Positions 12,291-24,118 of a stretch of DNA of 36,487 nucleotides are shown piece after piece (the stretch's first letter is position 1; each line of letters begins with the position of its first letter). The notes beneath the pieces are model-generated. The model saw nothing but the letters and a program-made list of their open reading frames with translations, had not been told where the DNA came from and made no database searches. The stretch is from Octopus bimaculoides. Lineage: Eukaryota. The DNA lies in the NCBI RefSeq assembly GCF_001194135.2, contig NC_068997.1, positions 49,476,004-49,512,490 on the forward strand. The letters are read 5' to 3'. A program made the position numbers and the translations under genes.

Positions 12291-12605
12291 ATATACATAC
12301 ACTCACACATACATACGTACATATATANNNNNNNNNNNNNNNNNNNNNNNNNNNNNNNNNNNNNNNNNNNNNNNNNNNNNNNNNNNNNNNNNNNNNNNNN
12401 NNNNNNNNNNNNNNNNNNNNNNNNNNNNNNNNNNNNNNNNNNNNNNNNNNNNNNNNNNNNNNNNNNNNNNNNNNNNNNNNNNNNNNNNNNNNNNNNNNNN
12501 NNNNNNNNNNNNNNNNNNNNNNNNNNNNNNNNNNNNNNNNNNNNNNNNNNNNNNNNNNNNNNNNNNNNNNNNNNNNNNNNNNNNNNNNNNNNNNNNNNNN
12601 NNNNN

Positions 12606-12661
<56 letters not shown>

Positions 12662-12813
12662 TTAGGGATAAAATCCAAAATTACAGGTAAAAATTCAATT
12701 AAAATCAATTTATTAAAAATTAAAATTAAATTAAGTTTTACAGAGTAAAATATATATAAATATATAGTTTTAGGGAAAAGAACCAAGGTTCATGAACTCA
12801 TCGATGAAAATTA

Positions 12814-12943
12814 ATAATTAAAAGCACAATAAATGAGTATAATATAATACAAAGTGAATATCATAAGATAAAGATAATATTATCTTTATCTTATGATATT
12901 CACTTTGTATTATATTATACTCATCTATTGTGCTTTTGATTAT
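12814..12943. repeat. 130-bp spacerless palindrome (65-bp arms, 2 mismatches; perfect 92-bp core 12833-12924)
   Basis: Base-by-base pairing around the centre 12878/12879 (AAGATAAT|ATTATCTT); mismatches only at 12832/12925 and 12819/12938. Confidence 0.95.
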
Positions 12944-13235
12944 AATTTTTTTCTATATATGACAGTGGATTTTCATATATATTATATATGCGTATATATA
13001 TATATATATATATATATATACTACCTATTTTGAACACTTTTATGTCAACTGTTTACACACAAAGTCCCTCTTAACATTTTCTTATCATTGTCAAAGACTG
13101 TATTTTGATACATTTATGATAACCTTTTTTTAACACTGCAAAGGCTACACAAAGCCTTACATTTCACTTTAAATCACTTTTTTAAAAAATAGTGAAACTG
13201 GTCAAGTTAATAAACATCTTTAAAAAACCTCTGAC

Positions 13236-13304
13236 AGCCCGGTCCAGGAATCGAATCAACAACCCTACGATTGTAAGCACGATGCTCTAACCACTGAGCC
13301 ATGC
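13236..13304 (-). mobile_element. Isolated tRNA-like SINE head related to family C (not a functional tRNA)
   Basis: Reverse complement: GCATGGCTCAGTGGTTAGAGCATCG...CTTACAATCGTAGGG...GATTCGATTCCTGGACCGGG, with A-box TGGCTCAGTGG and B-box-like GATTCGATTCC. Parallels the head of 32387-32711. No clean acceptor stem. Confidence 0.7.
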
Positions 13305-14114
13305 ATATATACATATACACAGATACATATAGATACTTAGATAGATTGACAGATATACATACGTATATATATGTTTGCGTATATGTATACACATGCCCTT
13401 ATGTGTGTATGTGTGAATGATTGTATATGTGAACGTAAGGTTGTGTACGTATGTATGTATGTATGTATGTATGTATGTATGTATGGTATATGCTTGCGTG
13501 ATTGTATGTGATATTATATGGTATTTTGGGAGTATTTGTTTAGATAGATGAATAGATAAACAGATAGATAGGAAGAGATTAAGTTTGTCATACAGAAGGA
13601 TAAAATGGGGAAATGACGGAGCGATATGAGAAGTTCAATGAATTTTTTTGACTTTATTCTTTTAATCCGTGGCATTTGAACAATGGGAAAAAGTGAGATA
13701 TAGAAATATGATGTAATAGTGTTTGTACGAGGCAGAGAAAGAGAGTGGAAAGTGAAAGGCAATTATTGACTGGGGGAGTATGACAAATAGTTACGGGATG
13801 GATTGTTAGATGATAATGAGAGATATACGAATGTCCGGGTTGTTTGTGGAAGAAGCGCATGCGTAGGTGACGTTAAGTTTCTTATGTGCCACTCCCTTTT
13901 TAGGAAATAAAATCAGACAAACACGCGTTGCCCATTATTAAGAATTATTTTTAGCTTTTGTCTCTCATTCAGCCCACCATATCGTCCTAGTTTACCATGT
14001 TATTTACATAGCGTGCATTGTTTAATGACGAAAATAAACAAATGCCTCGGGCGGTGCATTGGTAACGTCAATAGAAAGTCGTTTATAGTGACTCTCCGTA
14101 TTTCTTACGGCGCA

Positions 14115-14210
14115 TAACGCTCTGAGTTCAAATCATACCATTTATGTGAAGACTTTTAATTTTCTTTTTCTTTTTTTTTTTTACTTTCAGGGTCAAATAA
14201 AAAGGTGCCA
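14115..14210 (+). mobile_element. Highly decayed SINE family B fragment
   Basis: ACGCTCTGAGTTCAAATC...GACTTT...CTTTCAGGGTCAAATAAAAAGGTGCCAGTT is collinear with family B. Confidence 0.45.
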
Positions 14211-14869
14211 GTTCAGCGGGAAAGATTGGCGGGAATGCACAAACGTTGGATCGGATGCAATGCCGTATTCGGTTCCACGCATTCTGAGTTCATATCCCAC
14301 TGTGGCTTACATAAAGGATAAAATTTCATTCACTGTGCCTATCTATCTATCTATCTATCTATAAAACAAAAAGGCAAAAGAGAGTCACTTACTGTTATAG
14401 TTTCTTCAATGAGAATATTGACCAAGGTTACCGTGGTCTTTTCCGTGGGCTTTTCCTTCCACGGCTAAACCTAAACTGTCCTCCCCTCTTTTTACACGAG
14501 AACATTACTGTGTGATACACGATCCCTATTGATCGGCCTTTCCTTTTCTTTTTTTTTCGATCCCTTTTGATCGAACTGCCCCTTTTTCCCTTCCTACGAT
14601 CCCTTTTGATCGACACCACCAATTTTTTTTTTTTTTTTTTTTTTTNNNNNNNNNNNNNNNNNNNNNNNNNNNNNNNNNNNNNNNNNNNNNNNNNNNNNNN
14701 NNNNNNNNNNNNNNNNNNNNNNNNNNNNNNNNNNNNNNNNNNNNNNNNNNNNNNNNNNNNNNNNNNNNNNNNNNNNNNNNNNNNNNNNNNNCCCAAAAAG
14801 AAAAGCTCTACATTGTATTTGTCCCATCTTCGTTGAGCCCTGTGTGGCTAATAAAAGAAATGTATCTTT

Positions 14870-15035
14870 CCAGCTATCTACCTATCCATCTATCCGTCCA
14901 TCTATTTATTCCTCTACCATCCATTTATCTATCTATCCATCTATCTATCTATCCATTCATTCATGTATCTACTTATCTAACTGCCTATCTATCTGTCGGT
15001 CTATCAATCTATCCATCAATGCATCCTTCCACCCC

Positions 15036-15067
<32 letters not shown>
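14870..15067 (+). repeat. (CTAT)n / (CCAT)n array, i.e. (TAGA)n on the minus strand, abutting the RTE stop codon
   Basis: Direct reading. Confidence 0.9.
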
Positions 15068-15068
<1 letters not shown>

Positions 15069-15450
15069 TATTCCTGAGAGGCTTGTAGGGATAGACTCCT
15101 CAGGTACCTCCTCCATTCAATCCTATCAGAAGAAATTTTTTAATTACACTTTCTGGCTAGTTTCCCAAATGTGGCCAACTGAAACCAAGAGATATCATCT
15201 ATTCCGTTCCTGGTTATTCTTAGATTTCTTGCTGGTTGGCATGGCTTGAAAAAATCGGTCTTGCGATTCGTTCCTGCGACATTCTAATCACGTGCCAATA
15301 GCACCGCAACTGTGACCTCTCAATGCGGAGAGGCTCGCCTCTTAAAACTTGTAAATAAAAGTTTTTCCCAACCCTTATACCTTAAGAGACCAGAAACCTT
15401 GAAGGAATTTTCTTCTTGCCAGCGGTATACCCACAAACAGACATTTACGT
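15068..15450 (-). pseudogene. Decayed 3' end of an RTE-clade (Rex3/Expander-like) non-LTR ORF
   Basis: Minus-strand frames give EPLRIERSQLRCYWHVIRMSQERIAR (about 15255-15335; family pattern EPLLLRIERSQLRWFGHL.RM) and ISWFQL...SSDRIEWRRYLRSLSLQASQE* ending at 15068. Frameshifts and stops are present. Upstream boundary approximate. Confidence 0.8.
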
Positions 15451-15502
15451 TTTCAAATTCGATGCTAATTACATTTACCTCGCCAGAATTTGTAGCTACT
15501 TT

Positions 15503-16043
15503 AAGACAGCGAGCTGGCAGAAACGGTTAGCACGCCGGGCGAAATGCTTANNNNNNNNNNNNNNNNNNNNNNNNNNNNNNNNNNNNNNNNNNNNNNNNNN
15601 NNNNNNNNNNNNNNNNNNNNNNNNNNNNNNNNNNNNNNNNNNNNNNNNNNNNNNNNNNNNNNNNNNNNNNNNNNNNNNNNNNNNNNNNNNNNNNNNNNNN
15701 NNNNNNNNNNNNNNNNNNNNNNNNNNNNNNNNNNNNNNNNNNNNNNNNNNNNNNNNNNNNNNNNNNNNNNNNNNNNNNNNNNNNNNNNNNNNNNNNNNNN
15801 NNNNNNNNNNNNNNNNNNNNNNNNNNNNNNNNNNNNNNNNNNNNNNNNNNNNNNNNNNNNNNNNNNNNNNNNNNNNNNNNNNNNNNNNNNNNNNNNNNNN
15901 NNNNNNNNNNNNNNNNNNNNNNNNNNNNNNNNNNNNNNNNNNNAAAATAAGTACCATTTGAACACTGGGGTCGATATAATCAACTTAGATCCTCCCCAAA
16001 TTGCTCACCAGTGCCAAAATATGAAGCTATTATTATTACTATT
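15503..16043 (+). mobile_element. SINE family B copy spanning gap 15551-15943
   Basis: Head GCGAGCTGGCAGAAACGGTTAGCACGCCGGGCGAAATGCTTA lies before the gap; tail AATAAGTACCA...CTGGGGTCGATATAATC...GTGCCAAAAT plus (TAT)n lies after it. Confidence 0.75.
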
Positions 16044-16265
16044 AAGGCGTCGAGCTGGCAGAAGCGTCAGCACGCGAGGCAAAATGCTTAGCGGCATTTC
16101 GTCTGTCTTTACGTTCTCAGTTCAAATTCCGCCGAGGTCGCGCCTTTGCCTTTTACTCTCTCGGGGGTCGATAAAATATGTACAAGTTTAGCACTAGGGA
16201 CCTTGTAATCGACTTACCACCCCTTTCCCCGAAAATTGCTGGCCTTGAGCCAAAATTTCGAAACC
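16044..16265 (+). mobile_element. SINE family B, near-full-length copy
   Basis: AAGGCGTCGAGCTGGCAGAAGCGTCAGCACG...CAGTTCAAATTCCGCCGAGGTCG (B-box-like)...GGGGTCGATAAAA...GGCCTTGAGCCAAAATTTCGAAACC; homologous to 28450-28587. Confidence 0.85.
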
Positions 16266-18439
16266 TTTGCTAAAGGTGATGTGTACTTCACGGCCTCTTC
16301 TGAATAACTTTTAAGCCAAGAGCTGTTTACATTCAATTTCACAGCACAATGAAACAATATCAGTTGTCAAAATTGATGGGTTCCTAATGAAGTATTTCAG
16401 CCCTCACCTTCCATTTTCTCCATCTTCTTGTCTCTTTGATCGAACGATTGCTCTTTGTACAACATCTTCCTGAACTCGGTCACTATTTAAATCCCTCGGC
16501 CTCTCTCTCTCTCTGTCTCTCGAACTGACTATCTCTGTCTACGTACACACACTTGCATACGAACAAATAAATAAACATACATACATACATACACAAACAC
16601 ATTCGCACACACATATATAGAGAGAGAGAAAGAGAGAGGGGAGAGAAAGAGGGAGAAAGAAAGAGAGAGAGATTGATACAGGCTGACAGCCAGACAGACA
16701 GATCAGATATACTCATATCCATATGCATGCATATGCACTTAAAATACATACCCACACACATATGTATGTGTGTGTACATCCATACATGTATGTATATGCA
16801 TATATAATATATATAGAGAGAGGGATGTATAAATAGGTAGATAGATAGATAGATAGATAGATAAAGAGAAAGGTTGATGTCTTTATATTGTAAATTAATA
16901 CAGCGTTTCTACCGAACTATCAAATATTTAGTCTTTCTATCTCTCCTATTGTTCTTATACCCTTTTTCTCTCTCGCTTTCTCACTCTATCTCTCAATCGC
17001 ATTTCTCTCTTTGTCTGCTCAATTCATCATTTCTCGAAAAATCTTTAAAACTTTTGCCCGGTCACTAACTTGTCGCTTCGATTTCTTTATTCACAAAACG
17101 AAAATCGGCGTCTAACAACGCATTATCTCTACATTATTGACTACCAAAATAAAATGCACCAAACGTGTTTTTCCACCATCTTGTAAAACAGGTGAAGTGC
17201 ATGATGGGATCGAGAACGATTTCTTTGACCTTGTTCCGTCGTTTAACCCCTACACCATCCATAACGCAAAGTGTGAAGTGTTATATCGGATTAATAAAAA
17301 AGAAAATAAGAAGTAACCGAAATAAATTATTTTCCATATAGCTCCACATCTCAATAAGCGCTAATCGAAGTGCATGATGGAATTACAATCTGCTGACCTG
17401 ACGATATAGGTTCAAACGTTTGCTTAAACCGTGTGTCAGTTGAAGTACGTGATGTGATTGACAAAAGATGATCTAGCAACGTATTGGAATAGGCACTTTT
17501 TACTAGTTGCAATGTAAGAAATGCATAATGAGATTAGGGGAGGCTGACGTAGCATGAACGCTACTGATTCACCGATTTTCAAGACGAGAAGTTTAATTAG
17601 TAATATCGATATTTCAATTACTTTGATTGCTTCTTGAAAAGAATTGAACTGGCGTCCATAAGTATTAAATTTGAAACCGTCAAGTCCGATTATTAAGAGT
17701 AGGAATTCTGCTAATATTACAGGAATTGAAACCATTGAGAGAACATATATGTATATATATATATATANNNNNNNNNNNNNNNNNNNNNNNNNNNNNNNNN
17801 NNNNNNNNNNNNNNNNNNNNNNNNNNNNNNNNNNNNNNNNNNNNNNNNNNNNNNNNNNNNNNNNNNNNNNNNNNNNNNNNNNNNNNNNNNNNNNNNNNNN
17901 NNNNNNNNNNNNNNNNNNNNNNNNNNNNNNNNNNNNNNNNNNNNNNNNNNNNNNNNNNNNNNNNNNNNNNNNNNNNNNNNNNNNNNNNNNNNNNNNNNNN
18001 NNNNNNNNNNNNNNNNNNNNNNNNNNNNNNNNNNNNNNNNNNNNNNNNNNNNNNNNNNNNNNNNNNNNNNNNNNNNNNNNNNNNNNNNNNNNNNNNNNNN
18101 NNNNNNNNNNNNNNNNNNNNNNNNNNNNNNNNNNNNNNNNNNNNNNNNNNNNNNNNNNNNNNNNNNNNNNNNNNNNNNNNNNNNNNNNNNNNNNNNNNNN
18201 NNNNNNNNNNNAGGAGAGATGAAATTTCCGCTCTCAGTGTTCAACGATTCTAATTCTTGTATCAAATATATTCTTCCTTCTCTCGCTTGCTTACATTAAT
18301 CTGCATCAATTTCTCTCTACCGCTCTTTGTCTCTCTCTCCCTCTTTCTCTGTATATTGTATATGTATGTGTGCGTTTACATATATATAAAGAGAGAGAGG
18401 GGAGGAAGAGAGAGAAGGATAGATAAATAGATACATACA

Positions 18440-18470
<31 letters not shown>

Positions 18471-20186
18471 CTGTGCACTTGTCTTTGTCTCTTTGTATGC
18501 ATCCATCTATGAATGTATCTATCAAGTAGTCTAATTGAATCCTTAATTCTTTACCAGTTAGTCTCAGCCTGTGCTTTTGTTTCTTAATCGGTTTGACTAA
18601 TCTGTTCACCGTTAGGAATTATGTGCCACCATGCAAGTGTTAGCATAAATATATATATACATATGTGTGTGTGTGTATATACACGCACGTACACACACAC
18701 GCACGCATACACACACATATTCACACAGAGAGTGCGAGAGAGAAAGAGAGTGAGACTTAGAACCGGAAACGCACCAAATGTTATACATGCATATATACAT
18801 ATACATCTACAATATAATCAAAATTATATAATTTTTCTAACGCGATGTAATGTATTTAATAAATATAATTAATAATGATAATAATCAGGATGATGATGAT
18901 GATGATAATAATAATAATATAATTAATTAGGTGCATTTACATATTTAATTCGTGGCAATGAAATATGTAATTTAGTGGCAATATAATATTTAATTTGTAG
19001 CAACATATACTAAATAGACGAAAATGGATCCGCTTCAAAAACTGTTGACCCAGTCATCTGATATAGAATATGAGAAAAATAACGAAAATATGATATGGTT
19101 ATTCTATATTTTGTTAATAGTCTAAGCTTAAAATGTGTGTACCAACTGCATTAGAGTAAACTTTTTTCCATTCAAACCAAAGGGGTTGATAAAAATACGC
19201 CCCCCTCAAGTGCTGGAGTTTAATTTAAGCCACGTTATTCCGCATTTAGAAACATCTGCGATCTTATGCGTAAGCATATATGATAATATTTCCTTTTTCT
19301 TTGACACTCTTTACTTGAAAGCAAGCACTAACACATTTCCAAAGTTTTCAAATAAGACTATCATCTCCTGTGCCTCAAAGAGACAAGACTTCCTTTATGA
19401 TACAAATTGAACTTATCAAAGCTGTTGTCCGGATCACTTAAAGCCTGATAATAACACCAATATTCTCGATGTGCTTTTCAAACTCGTTAGAATTACTACC
19501 TGAATTATAGTCACTTTCCTCATACTCCAAAGCCTTCTTATCTCGTCCCTGGTATTTCTCCATCATTTTTAATTCATTATCTTTTACCGTGTTTGACTGT
19601 GTTTTTCCTGGCATGCGGCCATTTGCATTTTCCTTTTTCCAACTTGGTGACTTTAGCTGTGGTAAGTGGCACTGATTGTTATAGTAGGAATAGAAGTTAC
19701 GATGCTCAAAAGAAAAACGAAAAGCCACACCCTTCCACTCAACAAAAATACAAAGAAAAAATACAATGAAATCAGATGATGGGATAGATAAACAAACGGG
19801 CAGAGGTGCGAACTTAAATACAAACAGATGCGCACTAAAAAATTGTGCTGATGATTTTAATTCAATTAATGAAAATCGCGTGAATAATCTTAGTGTTTAT
19901 GAGGATAGCAGCGGTAACAGCCTTCACACCTGAGCCCAAGTTAATACCATGATATGTAGGCGAAAGAATAACAATAATACGATCCAGCTGAGAGACGTTA
20001 GCGTCTTTGTTAACCCTTGGATCATTGTCGTTTTTCGCTGCTGAGGAGGGGTGAGTGTCAGAGTTACAACGCTTAGTCGGCTGCGATCTGTTGGGCCCTT
20101 CAAGGACTATGCATTTCGAAAACCGTAAAATAATCTCGGATATAAAAATATGTTGTGAGGGCAGAAAGGATGTTCATCAGACCTAT

Positions 20187-21443
20187 TGTTTGTAAGGGGC
20201 AAAAAGCTCAGTTACCTGACGTGAAGAAGGAGAAACCACTTTGGGGATTTCTGCCTACGAAAAATGGTAGCAGAATATGGCTCAAGTAGGCTCATAAAAT
20301 TCATATAATATAACAAAGGAGCAAGAATTATCTTCATGGATTGAGAAAACATGATTCTTAAGAAGAACTCCGTAGCTAGTGACAGTAATTAAGACGGTGC
20401 TTGGAGCTGATGACCGGATTTCCTCTGGAACTGGAGATATTTCTTGGTACATCTAGCTAGTTAGTGCTAGGAAGTGACTGGAACGGTATATTAAGCCCAG
20501 AGGGCATCGGATTCAACAAGCATTTTGGAGGAACAGGTGTAATTTGAACTTTAAACTAATAAGATATTTCCAAGTGTATAACAGATATGGACAGGGCAAC
20601 CTGGACGTCTTAATGTAGGATTGTACAAATCGAAGATAGTCATCCATATATTATGGCATTTTTCAGAAGAGTGACTTGGGTTAATAAAAAAAAGTTGATC
20701 ACACTTTCGGTTCGTTTACCACAAAGGCCACAGGCTTTTGATCAATACATTGCAACACATAAACAGAACATGATTGATGGATTTTAGACATTTTGTTTAC
20801 AGTACACAAAACCTAAAGGAACTATATTTGAGAGCTAAGTGAGATTTGCTGGGCGAAATTTTACATAAATGGTGGTACATTGACCTAAAAAGGAAAATTA
20901 GGAACGGTAAGATATAAGGCCGTTGCAGTAGAAAGTGTAAGGGTGTTGTTAGTGACTAGCTTAGAAGGGCCTGTTAAAAAGTACCACGCAACCGAAATGG
21001 CAGCGATGAAAATGACAAGCGCCAAATTCTTCGAAACTAAATACAATGATTTCGTTGTTCGAACTAAAGAGCGTGCACTATGATACGGGGGCAATAAAGC
21101 CGTTGGGTGGACCATTCGTGGCAGAGGTGCTACATGGCAGGGGTGCTTCTTGGCAAAGACACTTCTTGGCAAAGGGACTTCTTTGTAGATGGACCACAAC
21201 ATTATCTTTGAATGGGAGGCGGATGGAGTATGGCTTCTGATTCATGAGATGGTTGCAGCATTTTAATAGCGCTCGGACTAACAAGTGGTAACCATGGACT
21301 GGAAACATCAGGCTTTCCTTTACGTCGGCGTCGAGCAGGTGGAAAGGTGCGAGAATTCGAATTTCGCTTCTGAAATAGCAAACGTTATAACCGACAGCGA
21401 TAGAAGTAAAGCGCCAGGACTGGATGCCGTTCCATATGATCTA
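20187..21443 (+). pseudogene. Fossil L1/Tx1-clade ORF2 fragment (AP endonuclease, linker, start of RT)
   Basis: Broken frames give LELEIFLGTSS*LVLGSDWNGILSP (20425-20499, APE GD[FW]N motif), RATWT (~20593), HKWWYIDLKRKIR (20864-20902), FFETKYNDFVVRTK (~21027) and CENSNFASEIANVITDSDRSKAPGLDAVPYDL (K[SA]PG.DG-type motif at 21408-21443) in the expected order. Many stops and frameshifts, and a 16-bp tandem duplication near 21147-21175. 5' boundary fuzzy. Confidence 0.75.
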
Positions 21444-21751
21444 ACACGGTGCTAAACGACAATAACAACTACTTAGCTTATTATCCCCAAGGGAATGAAA
21501 TGCAAGGTTTGTCCTTGGCGCAATTTGAACGCAGAAGATAACGGTGAGAAAAGAAATACTTCCAGGCATTCCAGCCGTCGCTCTACTGAATCAGGTATAT
21601 AAGTAATATCAATGCTGCCGCTGATGATGACGACGACGATGACAGGCAGAACACAAATTATTGGGGTGTGTCTCCAGCACTGGACTATTATTTATTTTGT
21701 CGTATACCCACCTCCCAACCACCGCCACCACCAGTGCTCCGTCCCTCACTT

Positions 21752-21815
21752 GGATGAAAGCCAACTGTGGCGGGATTTGAACTCAACAATGTAACTAAAT
21801 ACTGCGAGGCATCAG
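21752..21815 (-). mobile_element. Decayed SINE family B fragment
   Basis: GGATGAAAGCCAACT...GGCGGGATTTGAACTCA...AAATACTGC resembles 28478-28545. Confidence 0.45.
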
Positions 21816-21859
21816 ATCGGGCGTTAAATGGGTGTGTATATAGTTTTGTAGGTATGTGT

Positions 21860-21894
<35 letters not shown>

Positions 21895-21978
21895 GTGTGT
21901 GTGTGTGTTTACACTTGAATAGATAAACATATAGATATATAGATATATGCATATACGTATATTTGTATGTATATATAC

Positions 21979-22011
<33 letters not shown>

Positions 22012-22225
22012 CATGCAGGCACATGTATATATACGTATTTGGATTCATACATGTATATATATGTGTGTGTGTGTATGTGTGTGTGTTTAGTGATATAGAT
22101 ATATATACATAAATGTATACATATATGCATATATATATAGAGAGAGAGACATATACACATACACATGCAATTATATATACGTATATATAATATATATGTA
22201 TGCATATACATATGCATATACATAT
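21860..22225 (+). repeat. Compound (TG)n/(TA)n/(GA)n tract
   Basis: Direct reading. Confidence 0.9.
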
Positions 22226-22588
22226 ATAAGAGTGTGAGTGGTGAGTGTATGAGAGCGCTGCACTCGACGCGCACCTGCCAGCACACACTCTCCTTCCACC
22301 AAGAACTCTCGTGCCTCTCAGATATAATAAATAAACACACACACTTATATATAATAGCCTCCAGCTGTCTGCTACTGAAACAATGCTGCTCGCTTCCACC
22401 GTTCCAGACTGGGCAAGCTGTTACCATTTTTTGTTCTTCTGAATGAAATTCGTCTTTATTTCTTCTTTCACCAGAATCATTTTCTTCTACATTTCATGGC
22501 GATTGAGATGTGTTGGTGGTGGGGATGCTTAAAATGTTTATTGCTAAGTCCTTATACCATTTAGTTACATCGCTTTACACACACACAC

Positions 22589-22619
<31 letters not shown>

Positions 22620-22742
22620 TGCACACACATACACAAACGCATGTATATACACAAACGCATATATATATATACATATTTGTCGCACACCGTCGGTTACGAN
22701 NNNNNNNNNATACACAAACGCATATATATATATACATATTTG

Positions 22743-22891
22743 TCGCACACCGTCGGTTACGACGACGAGGGTTCCAGTTGGTCCGATCAACGGAACAGCC
22801 AGCTCGTGAAATTAACGTGCAAGTGGCTGAGCACTCCACAGACACGTGTCCCCTTATCGTAGTTCTCAGAGTGTGACAAGGCTGGCCCTTT
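22743..22891 (-). mobile_element. SINE family C 3' portion (headless)
   Basis: CCGTCGGTTACGACGACGAGG...GATCAACGGAACAGC...CTCGTGAAATTAACGT...GTGTGACAAGGC...CAGGTAC aligns with 32393-32568 apart from a deletion of about 20 bp. Confidence 0.85.
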
Positions 22892-22900
22892 CAAATACAG

Positions 22901-22941
<41 letters not shown>

Positions 22942-23345
22942 TTCTTTTATTCTNNNNNNNNNNNNNNNNNNNNNNNNNNNNNNNNNNNNNNNNNNNNNNN
23001 NNNNNNNNNNNNNNNNNNNNNNNNNNNNNNNNNNNNNNNNNNNNNNNNNNNNNNNNNNNNNNNNNNNNNNNNNNNNNNNNNNNNNNNNNNNNNNNNNNNN
23101 NNNNNNNNNNNNNNNNNNNNNNNNNNNNNNNNNNNNNNNNNNNNNNNNNNNNNNNNNNNNNNNNNNNNNNNNNNNNNNNNNNNNNNNNNNNNNNNNNNNN
23201 NNNNNNNNNNNNNNNNNNNNNNNNNNNNNNNNNNNNNNNNNNNNNNNNNNNNNNNNNNNNNNNNNNNNNNNNNNNNNNNNNNNNNNNNNNNNNNNNNNNN
23301 NNNNNNNNNNNNNNNNNNNNNNNNNNNNNNNNNNNNNNTATATAT

Positions 23346-23459
23346 TCTTTCAGTTTCCGTCTACCAAATTCATTCGCAAGACACTTGCCGGAGGTGCCAC
23401 GTAGTGGGACTGAACCCGGAACCATGCGGTTCGTAAGCAAGCTACTTACCTCACAGCTA
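23346..23459 (-). mobile_element. SINE family A head with internal deletion
   Basis: TTCTTTCAGTTTCCGTCTACCAAAT...AGACACTTGCC...GTGGGACTGAACCCGGAACCATGCGGTTCGTAAGCAAGCTACTTACC matches 34-170 with about 30 bp missing. Confidence 0.85.
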
Positions 23460-23519
23460 CTGTTTTGTACTCTCCATAAGGATTTTCTTAATGTAAACCC
23501 TTAGTGGTTAATAAATAAA

Positions 23520-23602
23520 TCATTATTATTACTATTATTATTATTATAATTATTATTATTATTATTATAATTATTATTATTATTATTATTATTGTTATTA
23601 TC
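23520..23602 (+). repeat. (TAT)n microsatellite
   Basis: Direct reading. Confidence 0.9.
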
Positions 23603-24118
23603 GTTACATTCATGATCGGGCATCAATTACTAATATCTACAGATATTTCATTTATACTCACTGACCACATTACCTCATGCTGTCCGGTCTTGGTCTAGTC
23701 AGCACATTCGCCATCGTAGTAGAATTGTGATGTTTCTTAATGAAAGTACATAGATTTAAAAATAAATGCGTAACACGTGTGGAAAGAAGACTGTAATGTA
23801 GACTACATGCTTACATCGTAAGTGGAACATAGGGGAGTAGTTAAAACAAACATAGGAGGAATTACACATGTACAAGTCCAGACGCCATCCGGATACATCA
23901 TACTACGAAAATAGCGTTACAAAACACAGTACACGTTTTATGTGGAGTGAACCATTCCGCTTTAAAATAAATGTAAGAAACACACTTAGTTAAATGTTCT
24001 CTCCGGAATTTAAAATACGGGAAAACATATTTTACAGTGTAATGCAATTGTAATGTTGCTGAAGGATATACCATAAGCTAGTTGGTACAAAGGAGGGAAA
24101 ATGTACTGTAAGTGGTTT

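Noticed and set aside
13236-13304. Possible tRNA-Val(TAC) gene
   Set aside because: The acceptor stem does not pair and the sequence parallels the SINE C head.
14520-14612. CRISPR-like repeat-spacer appearance
   Set aside because: Eukaryotic context, 16-nt repeats, low-complexity compositionally similar spacers and no cas genes. Kept only as a structured-repeat finding.
22647-22762. Exact 53-bp duplication flanking a 10-N gap
   Set aside because: Identical copies separated only by a placeholder gap: a scaffolding overlap artefact, not a target-site duplication.
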